Shown: positions 46,199 through 56,774, counted from the first letter of the stretch. The stretch: 64,000 bases of DNA from Kofleriaceae bacterium (GCA_025357755.1 JANXOP010000049.1:32333-96332), one strand, 5' to 3'. A program made the numbers and translations. The notes: generated by a model not told the origin, from the letters alone.

Positions 46199-47236
46199 TT
46201 ACATCGAGGCGCGGTCACCCGCCGTCGGCACGAGCACGCGTTCTGCGCGATGAGGAGCAATCGTACGTGCTGATGCGATCGGCAGCGTGAGCGTCGCCGA
46301 CTCGCCCATCGCGCTGCCGACCACGGTCACCGTGCCGCTGCTCTGATCGGTGCCGACCGAGACGCAGTTGCCCAGCGCGTTCTGGGTCTTGTCGACGTTG
46401 TCGACGAGGTAATGCCAATCGAGTCCCGCGACATAGTGACCATCGGTCATCGCATCGAAGCAGACGATGGTGCTGCCCATCGGGCTGAGCGTCGTCGCGT
46501 TGTCGGGCGCCTTCGCGATCTGATCGAGGTGATCGACGACGATCACGTCGAGGTGCGCGGTTGGCTTGTCGCCCGCGGTGACGCCGAGCGGATAGGTCCC
46601 GGCGGTCGCTGCGAGCTGGAGGGCATCCCAGCTCGGTTGCGTCGCGCCGGCTAGCTCGAGCGCCATGCTCTGATCGATCAAGCGTTCTTCGCGCGGGCCG
46701 GTGCTCTCCTGGACCTGGCCGTAGAGCGCGACACCGAGCTTCACGGTCCCGGTCGCGAACGCGACGTCGACGCCTTCCGGGACGATCTCGGTCGTCGCCG
46801 GCACGAGCGCCATGCGTGAGACCGTCGCGCCGGTGAGCGAGTGGCGATCGAAGAGCTCGCCCTTGGTGGCATCCAGGATCCGGAGATAGTTCGTGCGGCT
46901 CGCGATGCCGCGCATCGTGACGATCGAGCCGGCTTGATGATCGAGGGCAACGCCGTTCCCGCCGTCATCATCGGCCGTGTACGCGAGATCGAGCGGCACG
47001 TAGACGCCGACGACGTCGCGCTCGTAGTCGATCGCGATGTCCTGCGTGCCACCGATCGCGGTCGGCGAGGGCCCGACCACCGATGCGTAGTCCGCGAACG
47101 CGGCGCCGACGAACTCGAGGCCTTGCGGCGTGAGAGCGGAGCAGGTTTCACCCGCAGGACACGCACCAGAATCGTGGCGCTCACCGCCGTAGCAGGCAGG
47201 CACGAGCAGCAGAGACGCGATCACCAGGCTCTTCAT
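46199..47236 (-). CDS. Hypothetical lipoprotein
   Basis: MKSLVIASLLLVPACYGG (lipobox). Beta-rich sequence, no family recognised. Alternative ATG at 47257. Confidence 0.55.
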   Translation of the reverse strand: MKSLVIASLLLVPACYGGERHDSGACPAGETCSALTPQGLEFVGAAFADYASVVGPSPTAIGGTQDIAIDYERDVVGVYVPLDLAYTADDDGGNGVALDHQAGSIVTMRGIASRTNYLRILDATKGELFDRHSLTGATVSRMALVPATTEIVPEGVDVAFATGTVKLGVALYGQVQESTGPREERLIDQSMALELAGATQPSWDALQLAATAGTYPLGVTAGDKPTAHLDVIVVDHLDQIAKAPDNATTLSPMGSTIVCFDAMTDGHYVAGLDWHYLVDNVDKTQNALGNCVSVGTDQSSGTVTVVGSAMGESATLTLPIASARTIAPHRAERVLVPTAGDRASM

Positions 47237-47366
47237 TTGTGTGAGGTCATGAAGCATTGGTCGTGCCACTGGACCACACCTAAGTTTCCAAGCAGTTCCC
47301 GCAACTAGTGTCACCATTTGCCAGTTTTCCGAGACGTAAATGTCGCGGCTCGCTCGCCTGGCGAGG

Positions 47367-48062
47367 CTAGGGATCGAAGCGATAGCCCGAGCCGCGCACG
47401 GTGATGAAGTGCTGCGGGAGCTCCGGATCGTTCTCGAACCGCTTACGGAGCTGGCCGACAAAGTTGTCGACGGTGCGCACCGAGCCGGCGGATTGGCCCC
47501 AGACGAGGCTGAACAACTGCGCGCGCGCGTAGACCTGGTTCGGGTTGCGCACGAAGAACACGAGCAACTCGAACTCGAGATGGGTGAGCTTGATCTCGAC
47601 ACCGGCCCGCATCACCACGCGCTGCGCGAGATCGATCGCGACATCATCGAAGCCGAGCTCGAGCTCCAGCGGACGCGGGACCACCGCCGGCACCACGACC
47701 GCCGGTTGGGCGCGGCGCAAGACGGCATCGATCCGCGCCAGCAACTCCGCGAGCGCGAACGGCTTGGTGACGTAGTCGTCGGCACCGAGCCGGAGCGCGG
47801 CCACCTTGTCGTACTCGCCATCGCGCGCCGAGAGCACGATCACGGGCACGAGGTTGTCGGCATCGCGCAGCGCGGCCATGACCTCGAGGCCGTTCTTCTT
47901 CGGCAGGTTGATATCGAGCAGCACGAGCGAGAAGTCTTGCTCGGTCGCGAGCGTGATCGCTTCATCGCCATCGCGCGCGATCACGGTCTGCCGGCCAGCG
48001 AGCTTGAGGTTGAGCGCTAGACCTGTCGCGATGGCCTCGTCATCCTCGACGATGAGGATCAC
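47367..48062 (-). CDS. OmpR-family response regulator
   Basis: GTG 48062 overlaps the kinase stop (GTGA). ILIVEDDEAI...LVLLDINLP...DDYVTKPF (REC) and LTHLEFELLVFFVRNPNQVYARAQL...VDNFVGQLRKRF...ITVRGSGYRF (winged helix). Confidence 0.9.
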   Translation of the reverse strand: MILIVEDDEAIATGLALNLKLAGRQTVIARDGDEAITLATEQDFSLVLLDINLPKKNGLEVMAALRDADNLVPVIVLSARDGEYDKVAALRLGADDYVTKPFALAELLARIDAVLRRAQPAVVVPAVVPRPLELELGFDDVAIDLAQRVVMRAGVEIKLTHLEFELLVFFVRNPNQVYARAQLFSLVWGQSAGSVRTVDNFVGQLRKRFENDPELPQHFITVRGSGYRFDP

Positions 48063-49003
48063 GAGGTCACCGGAATGGTGTCGCGATCCGCCTCGGGCTC
48101 GCGCTGGCGCCTGAGCCGGATCCGGAAGGCGGTGTTGCCGGGCTCCGAGACGAAATCGATCTTGCCGCGGTTGCCTTTGACGATCGTGCGCACGAACGCG
48201 AGGCCGAGGCCGACGCCCGGGATGCCGCTGTCGTGGATCGCGCGGCCGCGCTTGAACTGCTCGTAGATCGAGCCCTGATCGGCGCGCTCGATGCCGATGC
48301 CGTTGTCGCGCACGATGATCTCGAGCTTGCGACCGGTCGCGTGCGCCTCGATCCCGATCTTCTTGTCCTCGCCGGTGTACTTCCACGCGTTGTGGAGCAG
48401 GTTGCCGAGCGCGCGCACGAGCGTCTCCCTGTCACCGATCGCGACGAGGCCGCGCTCGACGTCGATCGAGACGGGCGTCGGATTCGAGAGCGAGTGTGCA
48501 TCGAACATCGCGATCGCTTCGTCGACCAGGTGGCGAACATCGACGGGCTCGCGCGACCACGGGTGCTGGCCGGCTTCGAGCTTCGAGAGCTCGAGCACGC
48601 GCCCGACGAGCGTCTCGAGCCGCTGGGTCTCGCGTGCGAGCAGGGTGAGGACCTCGCGGCGATCACTCTCGTTCAAGCGATCGTCGCGCAGCGATTCGAG
48701 CAGCAACCGGATCGAGGTCACCGGCGTGCGCAGCTCGTGCGACACCGCCGAGGTGAAGTCGTTCTGGATCCGCGCGAGCCCCGCACCCTTGGTTACGAAG
48801 ATCGAGACCAGGATGTAGCCGGTGATGCCCGACGTGCAGAACGTCAGCACGAGCAACCCCGAGATCAGCGTGGTCACGGCGTTGCTGCGCAGGGACAACA
48901 GGATCACGCCGACGCCGGTCATGAGGATCGTCGGCACGAGGATCGCGAGCATCAGCACGAGCTGCGCGCGACGGAGCTGGATGTTCGCGGGTGGGAGCTG
49001 CAC
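48059..49003 (-). CDS. Sensor histidine kinase, two TM helices, no periplasmic or HAMP domain (intramembrane-sensing type)
   Basis: TM1 LVLMLAILVPTILMTGVGVILLSL, 5-aa loop, TM2 LISGLLVLTFCTSGITGYILVSIFV, then directly FTSAVSHELRTP (H-box). NLLHNAWKY, DNGIGI, GVGLGL. GTG 49003 overlaps the desaturase stop (TAGTG). Confidence 0.85.
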   Translation of the reverse strand: MQLPPANIQLRRAQLVLMLAILVPTILMTGVGVILLSLRSNAVTTLISGLLVLTFCTSGITGYILVSIFVTKGAGLARIQNDFTSAVSHELRTPVTSIRLLLESLRDDRLNESDRREVLTLLARETQRLETLVGRVLELSKLEAGQHPWSREPVDVRHLVDEAIAMFDAHSLSNPTPVSIDVERGLVAIGDRETLVRALGNLLHNAWKYTGEDKKIGIEAHATGRKLEIIVRDNGIGIERADQGSIYEQFKRGRAIHDSGIPGVGLGLAFVRTIVKGNRGKIDFVSEPGNTAFRIRLRRQREPEADRDTIPVTS

Positions 49004-49884
49004 TAGGCCGCGAGCGCCGAGGAGTCATCCTCGGCGGCGATATCGGCGCGGATGTGATCCGGCACGGGGTGGAGATCCCAGACCAAGCCCACCACCGACA
49101 TCGCGCGAAGCACGTAAAACGTGACGTCGTACTCCCACCAGAAGAAGCCGTTGCGCGCACTCACTTGATAGTGGTGATGGTTGTTGTGCCAGCCCTCGCC
49201 GAGGGTGATCACGGCGAGCACCGGGTTGTTGCGCGAGTCGTCGCCAGTCTTGTAGCGGCGCGAGCCCCACAGGTGCGACAGCGAGTTGATCGTGAACGTG
49301 CCGTGCCAGCACATGACCTGGGGCAGCGCGAACGCCCAGACCAGGCCCCAGAAGCCACCGATGACGAACGCGAGTACGCCCATCGCGATGGGCGGAACCA
49401 TCCAGAGTTTGTCGAGCCACACGAGCTCGGGGTACTTCGTGAAGTCTTTGATCCGCGAGTAGTCGACCTCCTCTAGATCGCGCGCGAGGAACCAGCCCAT
49501 GTGCGACCACCAGAAGCCGGACTGGATCACGGAGTGGATGTCGCCGGGCTGATCGCTCAGCCGATGGTGCACGCGATGATGTGCCGCCCACCACAGCGCG
49601 CCCTTTTCGCCGGTGCACTGCGCGCCGAGCGCGAGCACGAACTGGAACCAGCGCGAGGTCTTGTACGTGCGGTGCGAGAAGTACCGATGGTACCCGCCCG
49701 TGACGAACCACATCCGCGGCACGTAGCAGGCGAGGGCGACGAGCAAACCCGTCAGGGAAAACCCGGTGAGCGCGACTCCCACGATCGCGAGCAGATGCAC
49801 GCCCCAGAACGGGATCGTGAGCGCGTTCAGGTAGATCGATCGCCAGCTCTGTGCCTGCGCAGTTGCGACAGCGTTCACCTCCAC
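49003..49884 (-). CDS. Membrane fatty-acid (acyl-CoA/acyl-lipid delta-9 type) desaturase
   Basis: Three His boxes: HRYFSH, HHRVHH, HNNHHH. Hydrophobic N-terminal helices. Confidence 0.9.
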   Translation of the reverse strand: MEVNAVATAQAQSWRSIYLNALTIPFWGVHLLAIVGVALTGFSLTGLLVALACYVPRMWFVTGGYHRYFSHRTYKTSRWFQFVLALGAQCTGEKGALWWAAHHRVHHRLSDQPGDIHSVIQSGFWWSHMGWFLARDLEEVDYSRIKDFTKYPELVWLDKLWMVPPIAMGVLAFVIGGFWGLVWAFALPQVMCWHGTFTINSLSHLWGSRRYKTGDDSRNNPVLAVITLGEGWHNNHHHYQVSARNGFFWWEYDVTFYVLRAMSVVGLVWDLHPVPDHIRADIAAEDDSSALAA

Positions 49885-49912
49885 GGATTACCACGAGTGC
49901 TAGGGTCTCGGC

Positions 49913-50932
49913 ATGAAATACAGGAACCTCGGAGCCGCCGGCGTAAAGGTCTCGAATCTCTGCCTCGGCGGGATGACCTTCGGCGAAGCCGACGAGAGCT
50001 CCTTCATGCACAAGGTCGGCTCGGACGAGGCGACCGCGTTCGCGGTGCTCGATCGTGCGGTCGCGGCGGGGATCAACTTCATCGATACGGCCGACGTCTA
50101 CGGCCAGGACGGGCTGTCGGAGCGCGTGCTCGGCACGTGGCTCACGAACGGCGGTCAGCGCGACAAGCTCGTGATCGCGACGAAGTTTCGCTTCACCATG
50201 GGCGAGGGCGCCAACAAGAGCGGCGGCTCGCGCTATCGCATCATCAAGTGCTGCGAGGATTCGCTGCGCCGCTTGAAGACCGATCGCATCGACCTCTATC
50301 AGATCCACGCGCAGGACCTCGCGGTCGCGGAAGACGAGACGCTGCGCGCGCTCGATGATCTCGTGCGTGCAGGCAAGGTGGTCTACACCGGGTGCTCGAA
50401 CTACGCGGCCTACCGGCTCGCGAACAGCTTGTGGGAGAGTAAGACTCGGCAGCTCGCGAGCTTCGCGACGCTGCAAGCGCAGTACAGCTTGGTCGCGCGC
50501 GACATCGAGCGCGAGCACGTACCGCTGTGCCGGACCGCCGGGCTTGGCATCTTGCCGTGGTCGCCGCTCGCCTCGGGATTTCTCTCGGGCAAGTACGAGC
50601 AGGGCAAGCCGCCGGCCGCCGACACGCGGCTCGGTCAAGGTGATCGGTACAAGCGCTGGGACAACGAGCGCAACTGGAAGATCATCGCAGCGGTGCGCGC
50701 GGTCGCGAGCGAGCTCTCCAGCACACCCTCGGCGGTCAGCCTCGCGTGGTTGCTCGCGAAGCCGCAGGTAACTTCGGTGATCTTCGGCGCGCGCAACCTC
50801 GAGCAACTCGATGCGAACCTCGCGGCAGCGGATCTCGAGCTCACGGCGAACCACGTCGACGTCCTCGATAAGGCCTCGGCGTTCCCGCTCGGCTATCCGT
50901 ACGACTTCATCGGCGCGAACGGCGTCTGGTAG
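49913..50932 (+). CDS. Aldo/keto reductase
   Basis: MKYRNLGAAGVKVSNLCLGGMTFG, INFIDTADVYG, DLYQIHA, LPWSPLASGFLSGKY. Confidence 0.9.
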   Translation: MKYRNLGAAGVKVSNLCLGGMTFGEADESSFMHKVGSDEATAFAVLDRAVAAGINFIDTADVYGQDGLSERVLGTWLTNGGQRDKLVIATKFRFTMGEGANKSGGSRYRIIKCCEDSLRRLKTDRIDLYQIHAQDLAVAEDETLRALDDLVRAGKVVYTGCSNYAAYRLANSLWESKTRQLASFATLQAQYSLVARDIEREHVPLCRTAGLGILPWSPLASGFLSGKYEQGKPPAADTRLGQGDRYKRWDNERNWKIIAAVRAVASELSSTPSAVSLAWLLAKPQVTSVIFGARNLEQLDANLAAADLELTANHVDVLDKASAFPLGYPYDFIGANGVW

Positions 50933-50968
50933 CCACGGCGCGAGCCGGGCGCGCGAATCGAGACCGCA

Positions 50969-51337
50969 TCAGGTCGCGGCGGCGAGCGCACTCGCGATGG
51001 CGGGACCGAGCCGATCGAGCTTGTCCTTCATCACGCAGCCAACAGCGCCAGCCCGCACGAGGCGGTACGCCGCCTCTCCTCCGACGACGCCCGACACGAG
51101 CAAGAGCGGCGTCGTGCGGCCGCTCGCCTTGATCTGGGCGAGCGCGCGCTCGGGAGAAAACGCCGGCATCGCGTAGTCGCAGATCACGAGATCGGCACGC
51201 GGTAACGCATTCGCGAAGTCCGACTCGAGCTCGACCCGATGCCATTCGATCGTGTAGCCCGCGCGCTGCACCTTGTAGGCGATCAGCATCGCGTCGTCTT
51301 CGCTGTCGTCCGCGATCAGCACGCGCAACACGATCAC
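50969..51337 (-). CDS. Stand-alone receiver-domain response regulator
   Basis: GTG 51337 overlaps the kinase stop (GTGA). VLIADDSEDDAMLI...DLVICDYAMPAF...LLLVSG...GAVGCVMKDKL. Confidence 0.8.
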   Translation of the reverse strand: MIVLRVLIADDSEDDAMLIAYKVQRAGYTIEWHRVELESDFANALPRADLVICDYAMPAFSPERALAQIKASGRTTPLLLVSGVVGGEAAYRLVRAGAVGCVMKDKLDRLGPAIASALAAAT

Positions 51338-53631
51338 CTGACCTCCTGGCCGATTGTGAACTCGAACCTGCTCCCCCGCCCGAGCTCGGAGGTCGCCGCG
51401 ATCCTGCCGTGGTGCCATTCGACGATCCGACGCACGTTCGCCAGGCCGACGCCGGTGCCTTCGAACTCTTGCTCGGAGTGCAGCCGCTGAAACACGCCGA
51501 ACAGGCGGTGCGCGTGGCGCGTATCGAACCCGACGCCGTTGTCGCGCACGAAGTACACCGGCTCGCCATCGCGCAGCTCGCAGCCGATGGTGATCTTCAT
51601 CTGCTCGCGGTTGCGCGAGTACTTCAAGGCATTATCGATCAGGTTCTGCCACACCGCGCGGAGCAGCGACGGATCCGCGTTGCACGTGCCGAGCGGCTGC
51701 ATCACGAGCTCGAGCCGATCACCGAGTGCCTTGCCAGTGAGGAGCTCTTCGACGACCGATCGGACCATCGGATCGAGATCGATCTCGGAGCGAGCGATGC
51801 TGTTCTTGCCGAGGCGAGAGAACTCGAGCAGGTGATCGATGAGATCGCGCAGCCGGATCGCTCCACCGGCGATGCTGCCGAGCAAGCGCTTGGCTTCCGG
51901 CGGAAGCTCGGTGCTGAAGTCCTCGAGCAGGATCTGCGAGAACCCGTTCATCGTGCGCAGCGGTGCACGGAGATCGTGCGAGACCGAGGACGTGAACGCT
52001 TCGAGATCGCGGTTCATGACCTCGAGCGAGAACGTCCGGTCCTTGACGCGCTGTTCGAGACTGGCATTGAGCTCGCGCAGCGTGGCTTCCGCGCGCGTGC
52101 GCTCGACGAACAAGCCGAGCAGGCGGCCGACCGCATCGAACAGGCCGAGCTCGCCGGCCTCGAGGGGTTCGGGATCCACGTTGCGGGCAGCGAGAGCAAC
52201 CACGCCGAGGACCTCGGAGCCGCGCAGGATCGGGAAAGCGACCGCGCGCGTCATACCGGCCGCGACGGCGACCGCGCCGTGTGGACCGCGCACGACGTCG
52301 AAGGCGACCTTCTCGGGCTTACTCGTCGCGAGTACCCGACCGAGCAGGCCCGCGTTCGGATCGATCAAGGTCGCGCTCGTGAACGCGCGCAGCTCCGAGA
52401 GCTCGTCACGTGCTGGCCACGTCGCGAGACAACGCAACACGCCTTCGCTGTTCGGCAGCCACACCGCGCCGCAGTCCCAGCCTTCGGCGCGACACAGCGC
52501 TTCGACTACGTTCGGTAGGGCGGTATCGAGCCCCGCGGATTCGGCGAGCTTTTCACCGATGGCGTGTTGGGCAAGCAGGCGGCGTTCGACGCGCTTGCGC
52601 GCCGAGAGATCGGTGAACACGGAGAGCCGATACAACGTACCGCTCAACGTGATCTGTTCGGTCGACAGCAGCGCCCAGTGCCCGCCGCCGCCCTTCACCG
52701 CGATCTCGACCTCGACCGCGGCGAGCCGACCGGTCCGTTCGATCACCCGAAGGAGCTCGGACCGAGGAGGTTGGAGCACGAGGCGAAGATCACCGGCGTC
52801 TCGGCCGACGAGATCTTCGCGCGCCTGCTGGGTGAGCTCGAGCATGCGCCGGTTGACCGAGACGACGACGCCCGTCGTGCCGTGCACGAGGATCATGCCG
52901 GCGGGGCTCGCATCGAAGGCGACCTCGAACGCTTCCTCGGCCTGCTTGCGCGCGGTGATGTCGATCAGCGTGGTCAGCGTGCACGAACCTTCGGGCAGCT
53001 CGATCGGCTTCGCGCTGGCGAGCACGATCCGGATCTCGCCGTTGCGCGTGCGCAGCCGTAGCTCGCTCTCGTAGCCACAGAGGTTCGTGCGGTGCTCGGC
53101 GACGCGGCGGGCGACCTCGGTCTCGCTGAGCTGCTCGAGCTCGATGGGCGTCTTACCGATCACGTGCTCGCGGGTCTCGCCGAACAGCTCTAGCCAGCGC
53201 GGATTGACGTCGAGGATCTTCAGCGTGTCACGGCGCGCGATCACCATAGCGGCGGCGTTGCCGTGGAACGCCTGCTCGAACCGCTGTTCGAAGTTCTGCG
53301 ATGCCGGCGCGCTGACGTTCTCGATCACGAGCATCACCTCGCCGGTGCTGGTCGTGGATGCGGTGACTTCGTACTTCGAGCCATCGAGGCTAACTGCCTC
53401 GGTCTCCGAACCGCTGATCCGCACCCGCGCGAACAACGGCAGGAGCTGGGCGACGACGTGGCGGACCGCGGCGAAAGCCGGGTTGTGCTCGAGCACCTCG
53501 GTACCGACGACCCGGTCGCGTTCGACGATCAACCGGCAGCGCGCGGCGCCCGACCGGAGCCGCTCGAAGAGCAGCCGGAATGGATCATCCGATCGGACGG
53601 GAGGTCCCATCGCCACCATCCCGCCCACCAT
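51334..53631 (-). CDS. Cytoplasmic multi-PAS / GAF sensor histidine kinase
   Basis: No TM segment. Three PAS-like blocks, a GAF block (ALCRAEGWDCGAVWLP...AFPIL), SSVSHDLRAPLRT (H-box), NLIDNALKY, DNGVGF, GTGVGL. Confidence 0.9.
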   Translation of the reverse strand: MVGGMVAMGPPVRSDDPFRLLFERLRSGAARCRLIVERDRVVGTEVLEHNPAFAAVRHVVAQLLPLFARVRISGSETEAVSLDGSKYEVTASTTSTGEVMLVIENVSAPASQNFEQRFEQAFHGNAAAMVIARRDTLKILDVNPRWLELFGETREHVIGKTPIELEQLSETEVARRVAEHRTNLCGYESELRLRTRNGEIRIVLASAKPIELPEGSCTLTTLIDITARKQAEEAFEVAFDASPAGMILVHGTTGVVVSVNRRMLELTQQAREDLVGRDAGDLRLVLQPPRSELLRVIERTGRLAAVEVEIAVKGGGGHWALLSTEQITLSGTLYRLSVFTDLSARKRVERRLLAQHAIGEKLAESAGLDTALPNVVEALCRAEGWDCGAVWLPNSEGVLRCLATWPARDELSELRAFTSATLIDPNAGLLGRVLATSKPEKVAFDVVRGPHGAVAVAAGMTRAVAFPILRGSEVLGVVALAARNVDPEPLEAGELGLFDAVGRLLGLFVERTRAEATLRELNASLEQRVKDRTFSLEVMNRDLEAFTSSVSHDLRAPLRTMNGFSQILLEDFSTELPPEAKRLLGSIAGGAIRLRDLIDHLLEFSRLGKNSIARSEIDLDPMVRSVVEELLTGKALGDRLELVMQPLGTCNADPSLLRAVWQNLIDNALKYSRNREQMKITIGCELRDGEPVYFVRDNGVGFDTRHAHRLFGVFQRLHSEQEFEGTGVGLANVRRIVEWHHGRIAATSELGRGSRFEFTIGQEVR

Positions 53632-53673
53632 ACCGGTAGCTAGATCGACCAGTCATCATTTTTGTTGAGACGT

Positions 53674-54183
53674 TCAGTCGCGCATCGGGATGCCGCCGAT
53701 GAAGTCGTTCTTCCCGAGCGGTACGCCGTTGTGTCGCAGGATCGCGTAGCAGAGCGTAGTGTGGAAGTAGAAGTTCGGGAGTGCGAACTGGGTCACGTAC
53801 TCGATTCCGGTCATCCACTTCGACTGCATCCACGGCAGCGAAATTTTCTTCTCGGCGGAGCCTTCGAGGTCGGACGTTTTGAACGTCTCGAGGTAGGTCA
53901 ACACGGCGGTGATCCGCGCGTGGAGTTGCTCGAACGTGGTCTCGGTATCGGCGTGCGCAGGCCACTCTTTCCCGGCCAGGCGACCCGGAATGAACTTCGC
54001 GTTGTCGCAGACGGTCTGGATCTGACGCACCAGCGGATACTGATCCGGCGCGAGCCGCGCTCCGATCAAGTTGTCGACAGGGAACTTGCGCTGCTCGGCG
54101 TACTGCTCCGCGGACTTCAACCAGCGATCGACGTTGCGAAGGGTCTTCGCGAGCTGGGGGACGGTGAGCTCGAACAAGTTCAT
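53674..54183 (-). CDS. DUF1993 family protein
   Basis: MNLFELTVPQLAKTLRNVDRWLKSAEQYA...PNFYFHTTLCYAILRHNGVPLGKNDFIG matches my memory of the DUF1993 pattern. Confidence 0.7.
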   Translation of the reverse strand: MNLFELTVPQLAKTLRNVDRWLKSAEQYAEQRKFPVDNLIGARLAPDQYPLVRQIQTVCDNAKFIPGRLAGKEWPAHADTETTFEQLHARITAVLTYLETFKTSDLEGSAEKKISLPWMQSKWMTGIEYVTQFALPNFYFHTTLCYAILRHNGVPLGKNDFIGGIPMRD

Positions 54184-54241
54184 GGTCCATGAGGGTAGCG
54201 CGCACTTGAGCGCGTGGCGCGTCGGCGTTAGCGTATTCGCA

Positions 54242-54580
54242 ATGAGCGATGACCTCGATGCGCTGGCTAGTAACACCGTGGGCCCGAGCGTCAGCAAAGA
54301 AGAGATCGCGAAGCAGGTCGCGCTGCTCGGCGCGCGGTGGTCGATCGACGGACTCGATCTCGTGCTCGCGCTCGCGGGCGTCAAGGGCATGGCGAAGTGC
54401 GGCGAGGCCGTCGCGTTCGCGACCCAGCTCGCGGACGAGATGGACCATCACCCCGACATCGTGATGGCCTATCCTGGAACCACGCTGAAGATTCACACTC
54501 ACGACAAGAAGGCGATCACGTTGCTCGACCTCGTCTACGCGGCGCGCCTCGAACGCTGGTTGCGCGAGCAGGGTTGGTGA
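54242..54580 (+). CDS. 4a-hydroxytetrahydrobiopterin (pterin-4a-carbinolamine) dehydratase
   Basis: 112 aa with FATQLADEMDHHPDIVMAYPGTTLKIHTHD (the DHHPD..H.H core of PCD/DCoH). Confidence 0.8.
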   Translation: MSDDLDALASNTVGPSVSKEEIAKQVALLGARWSIDGLDLVLALAGVKGMAKCGEAVAFATQLADEMDHHPDIVMAYPGTTLKIHTHDKKAITLLDLVYAARLERWLREQGW

Positions 54581-55099
54581 TCAGCTACGGCAAAAGACGG
54601 TGAGCTCGTCGAGCTGACGGCCGTCGACGAAGCCGGCCGCCATCTCGCACAGCGCCGCGGTATCGGCGACGGTCGCGAGCTGCCGGAGCTCGCTATCGAT
54701 GCAGTCCGGATCGCCCAACAAGTTCACGTGCGTGCCGCGGCGCAGCTGTGCGGCCGCGATCTTCACGCTCGAGCCGTGGATGCACACGATATCGACCGCG
54801 AGGGCTTCGGCGAGCGAGACCACGCGCCCTCCGACCGCGGCGGCGACCACTCGACTCGTGCACCGCAAGTCGGTCGGTTTGAACCACTCGCGATGCGCCT
54901 CGAGCGAGAGCTGCGCGAGCGCGACCTGATCATCGCTATCGCAGATCAGCGAGAAGCTGCGCGGTGACCCGACCGCGAGAAAGTGCGAGGCGACCGCGCC
55001 GGTCGCCGCGAGGAACCTGTCGCTGCCATCCTGGACGAGCGGCGTGCGCTGCGTCGCCGCAGTGACGTACGCGCGCTCGACCTCGAGCACCCAGCTCAA
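54581..55099 (-). CDS. Hypothetical protein, half-length ornithine-cyclodeaminase/mu-crystallin-like Rossmann fragment
   Basis: TTG 55099 overlaps the asnS stop (TTGA). [29 protein letters not shown] loosely follows the OCD pattern (aDIi.taT.s..P....wl..GtHinavG). It is only 172 aa and the GxGxxA dinucleotide motif is degenerate. Confidence 0.4.
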   Translation of the reverse strand: MSWVLEVERAYVTAATQRTPLVQDGSDRFLAATGAVASHFLAVGSPRSFSLICDSDDQVALAQLSLEAHREWFKPTDLRCTSRVVAAAVGGRVVSLAEALAVDIVCIHGSSVKIAAAQLRRGTHVNLLGDPDCIDSELRQLATVADTAALCEMAAGFVDGRQLDELTVFCRS

Positions 55100-56496
55100 A
55101 ATTCGGCCTGGCGAGGCGCGCGCGGGAACGGAATGACATCGCGAATATTCTCGATGCCGGTCGCATAGATGATCGCGCGTTCGAAGCCGAGGCCGAAGCC
55201 GGCGTGCGGCACCGTGCCATAGCGCCGCAGATCGCGATACCAGCCGTAATCGGCCGGGTTCAGCTTCATCTCGGTGATCCGCGCGTCGAGCACGTCGAGC
55301 CGTTCTTCGCGCTGGCTGCCACCGATGATCTCGCCGATGCCAGGCGCGAGCACGTCCATCGCCGCGACGGTCTTACCGTCGGGGTTCTGGCGCATGTAGA
55401 ACGCCTTGATGTCCTTCGGGTAATTCACGACGGCGACCGGACCCTTGATCACGTGCTCGGTCAGATACTTCTCGTGTTCGCTCTGCAGATCGATGCCCCA
55501 TTTCACGGGGAACTCGAACTTCTGCTTGGCCTTCTCGAGCTCCTTGATCGCGTCGGTGTAGTCGAGCCTGGCGAACTTCGATTCGACCATCGACTGGAGC
55601 CGCGTGATGCAGTCCTTGTCGACGAACTTCGCGAAGAACTCCATGTCGTCTTTGCGTTCCTCGAGCAGCGTCTTGAAGATGAACTTCAAGAAGTCTTCCG
55701 CGAGCTGCGCGTCGTCGTTCAGATCCGCAAACGCGATCTCCGGCTCGATCATCCAGAACTCGGCTAGGTGGCGCCGGGTGTTCGAGTTTTCGGCGCGGAA
55801 GGTCGGGCCGAACGTGTACACGCGCGACATCGCCATCGCGTAGGTCTCCACGTTGAGCTGCCCCGAGACCGTGAGCCGCGCTTCCTTGCCGAAGAAGTCC
55901 TTGTCGTAATCGATCTTGCCTTCGGGCGTGCGTGGCAGGTTCGCGAAGTCCAGGGTCGAGACCTTGAACATCTGGCCCGCGCCCTCGGCATCCGAGGCCG
56001 TGATGATCGGTGTGTGGATCCAGAAGAAGCCTTGCTGATCGAAGAACCGATGGACCGCCATCGCGAGCGTGTGCCGCACGCGCGTGACCGCGCCGATGAC
56101 GTTCGTACGGACGCGGAGGTGAGCGACCTCGCGGAGGTACTCCATCGAGTGGCGCTTCGGCTGCATCGGATAATGGTCCGGATCCTCGACCCAGCCGATC
56201 ACCTCGAGCGAGTCCGCGCGGACCTCGACGCTCTGACCTTTGCCCTGCGATGCCACGACCTCGCCGATCGCCCGCACCGAGCAGCCCGTCGTGATCCGGA
56301 GGATGTCGCTCTGATAGTTCGCGAGCTCCTGGGGCGCGACGATCTGGAGCGCTTCGAAGCAGCTGCCGTCGTGGATCGCCACGAACGAGAGCCCCGCCTT
56401 CGAATCGCGCCGGGTCCGTACCCAGCCCTCGATGGTGACCTTGGAACCGACGGCAACCTGACCGCCGAAAACCTGCGCGATCCGTGTCGAGGCCAT
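55096..56496 (-). CDS. asnS: Asparagine--tRNA ligase
   Basis: [22 protein letters not shown] (OB anticodon domain), [43 protein letters not shown] (motif 2), [17 protein letters not shown] (motif 3). Confidence 0.95.
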   Translation of the reverse strand: MASTRIAQVFGGQVAVGSKVTIEGWVRTRRDSKAGLSFVAIHDGSCFEALQIVAPQELANYQSDILRITTGCSVRAIGEVVASQGKGQSVEVRADSLEVIGWVEDPDHYPMQPKRHSMEYLREVAHLRVRTNVIGAVTRVRHTLAMAVHRFFDQQGFFWIHTPIITASDAEGAGQMFKVSTLDFANLPRTPEGKIDYDKDFFGKEARLTVSGQLNVETYAMAMSRVYTFGPTFRAENSNTRRHLAEFWMIEPEIAFADLNDDAQLAEDFLKFIFKTLLEERKDDMEFFAKFVDKDCITRLQSMVESKFARLDYTDAIKELEKAKQKFEFPVKWGIDLQSEHEKYLTEHVIKGPVAVVNYPKDIKAFYMRQNPDGKTVAAMDVLAPGIGEIIGGSQREERLDVLDARITEMKLNPADYGWYRDLRRYGTVPHAGFGLGFERAIIYATGIENIRDVIPFPRAPRQAEF

Positions 56497-56498
56497 CT

Positions 56499-56774
56499 CT
56501 AGCGCTCGGCGTCTTTGCTGCCGACGATGATCATGTTCATGCCGATCTGAACGGAGACGGCCTTGCCGTCGATCTGCACGAGCGTCTTCGCGTTCATGTA
56601 CCAGCCAAACGAGCCGGTCGAGAACTGCTTCACCTCGGCGAGCATGTCCTGACCGTTGATCGAGATCTTGAGCGGCTCGGCCTTCTCGAGAAACTTCGGG
56701 AGCGTGATGGGGCAAGTGGTCTTCGCGGGCATGGCCGCGGTTTTAGCATCTATACGCTCGGACCGCGGGGTCAC
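56499..56774 (-). CDS. Small conserved-looking hypothetical protein
   Basis: GTG 56774 overlaps the NUDIX stop (GTGA); ATG 56732 is an alternative. [39 protein letters not shown]. No family name recalled. Confidence 0.5.
   Translation of the reverse strand: MTPRSERIDAKTAAMPAKTTCPITLPKFLEKAEPLKISINGQDMLAEVKQFSTGSFGWYMNAKTLVQIDGKAVSVQIGMNMIIVGSKDAER

Noticed and set aside
54581-55099. Calling this gene a functional ornithine cyclodeaminase
   Set aside because: It is about half the normal length, and the dinucleotide-binding glycine motif is not recognisable. Only a loose local resemblance remains.
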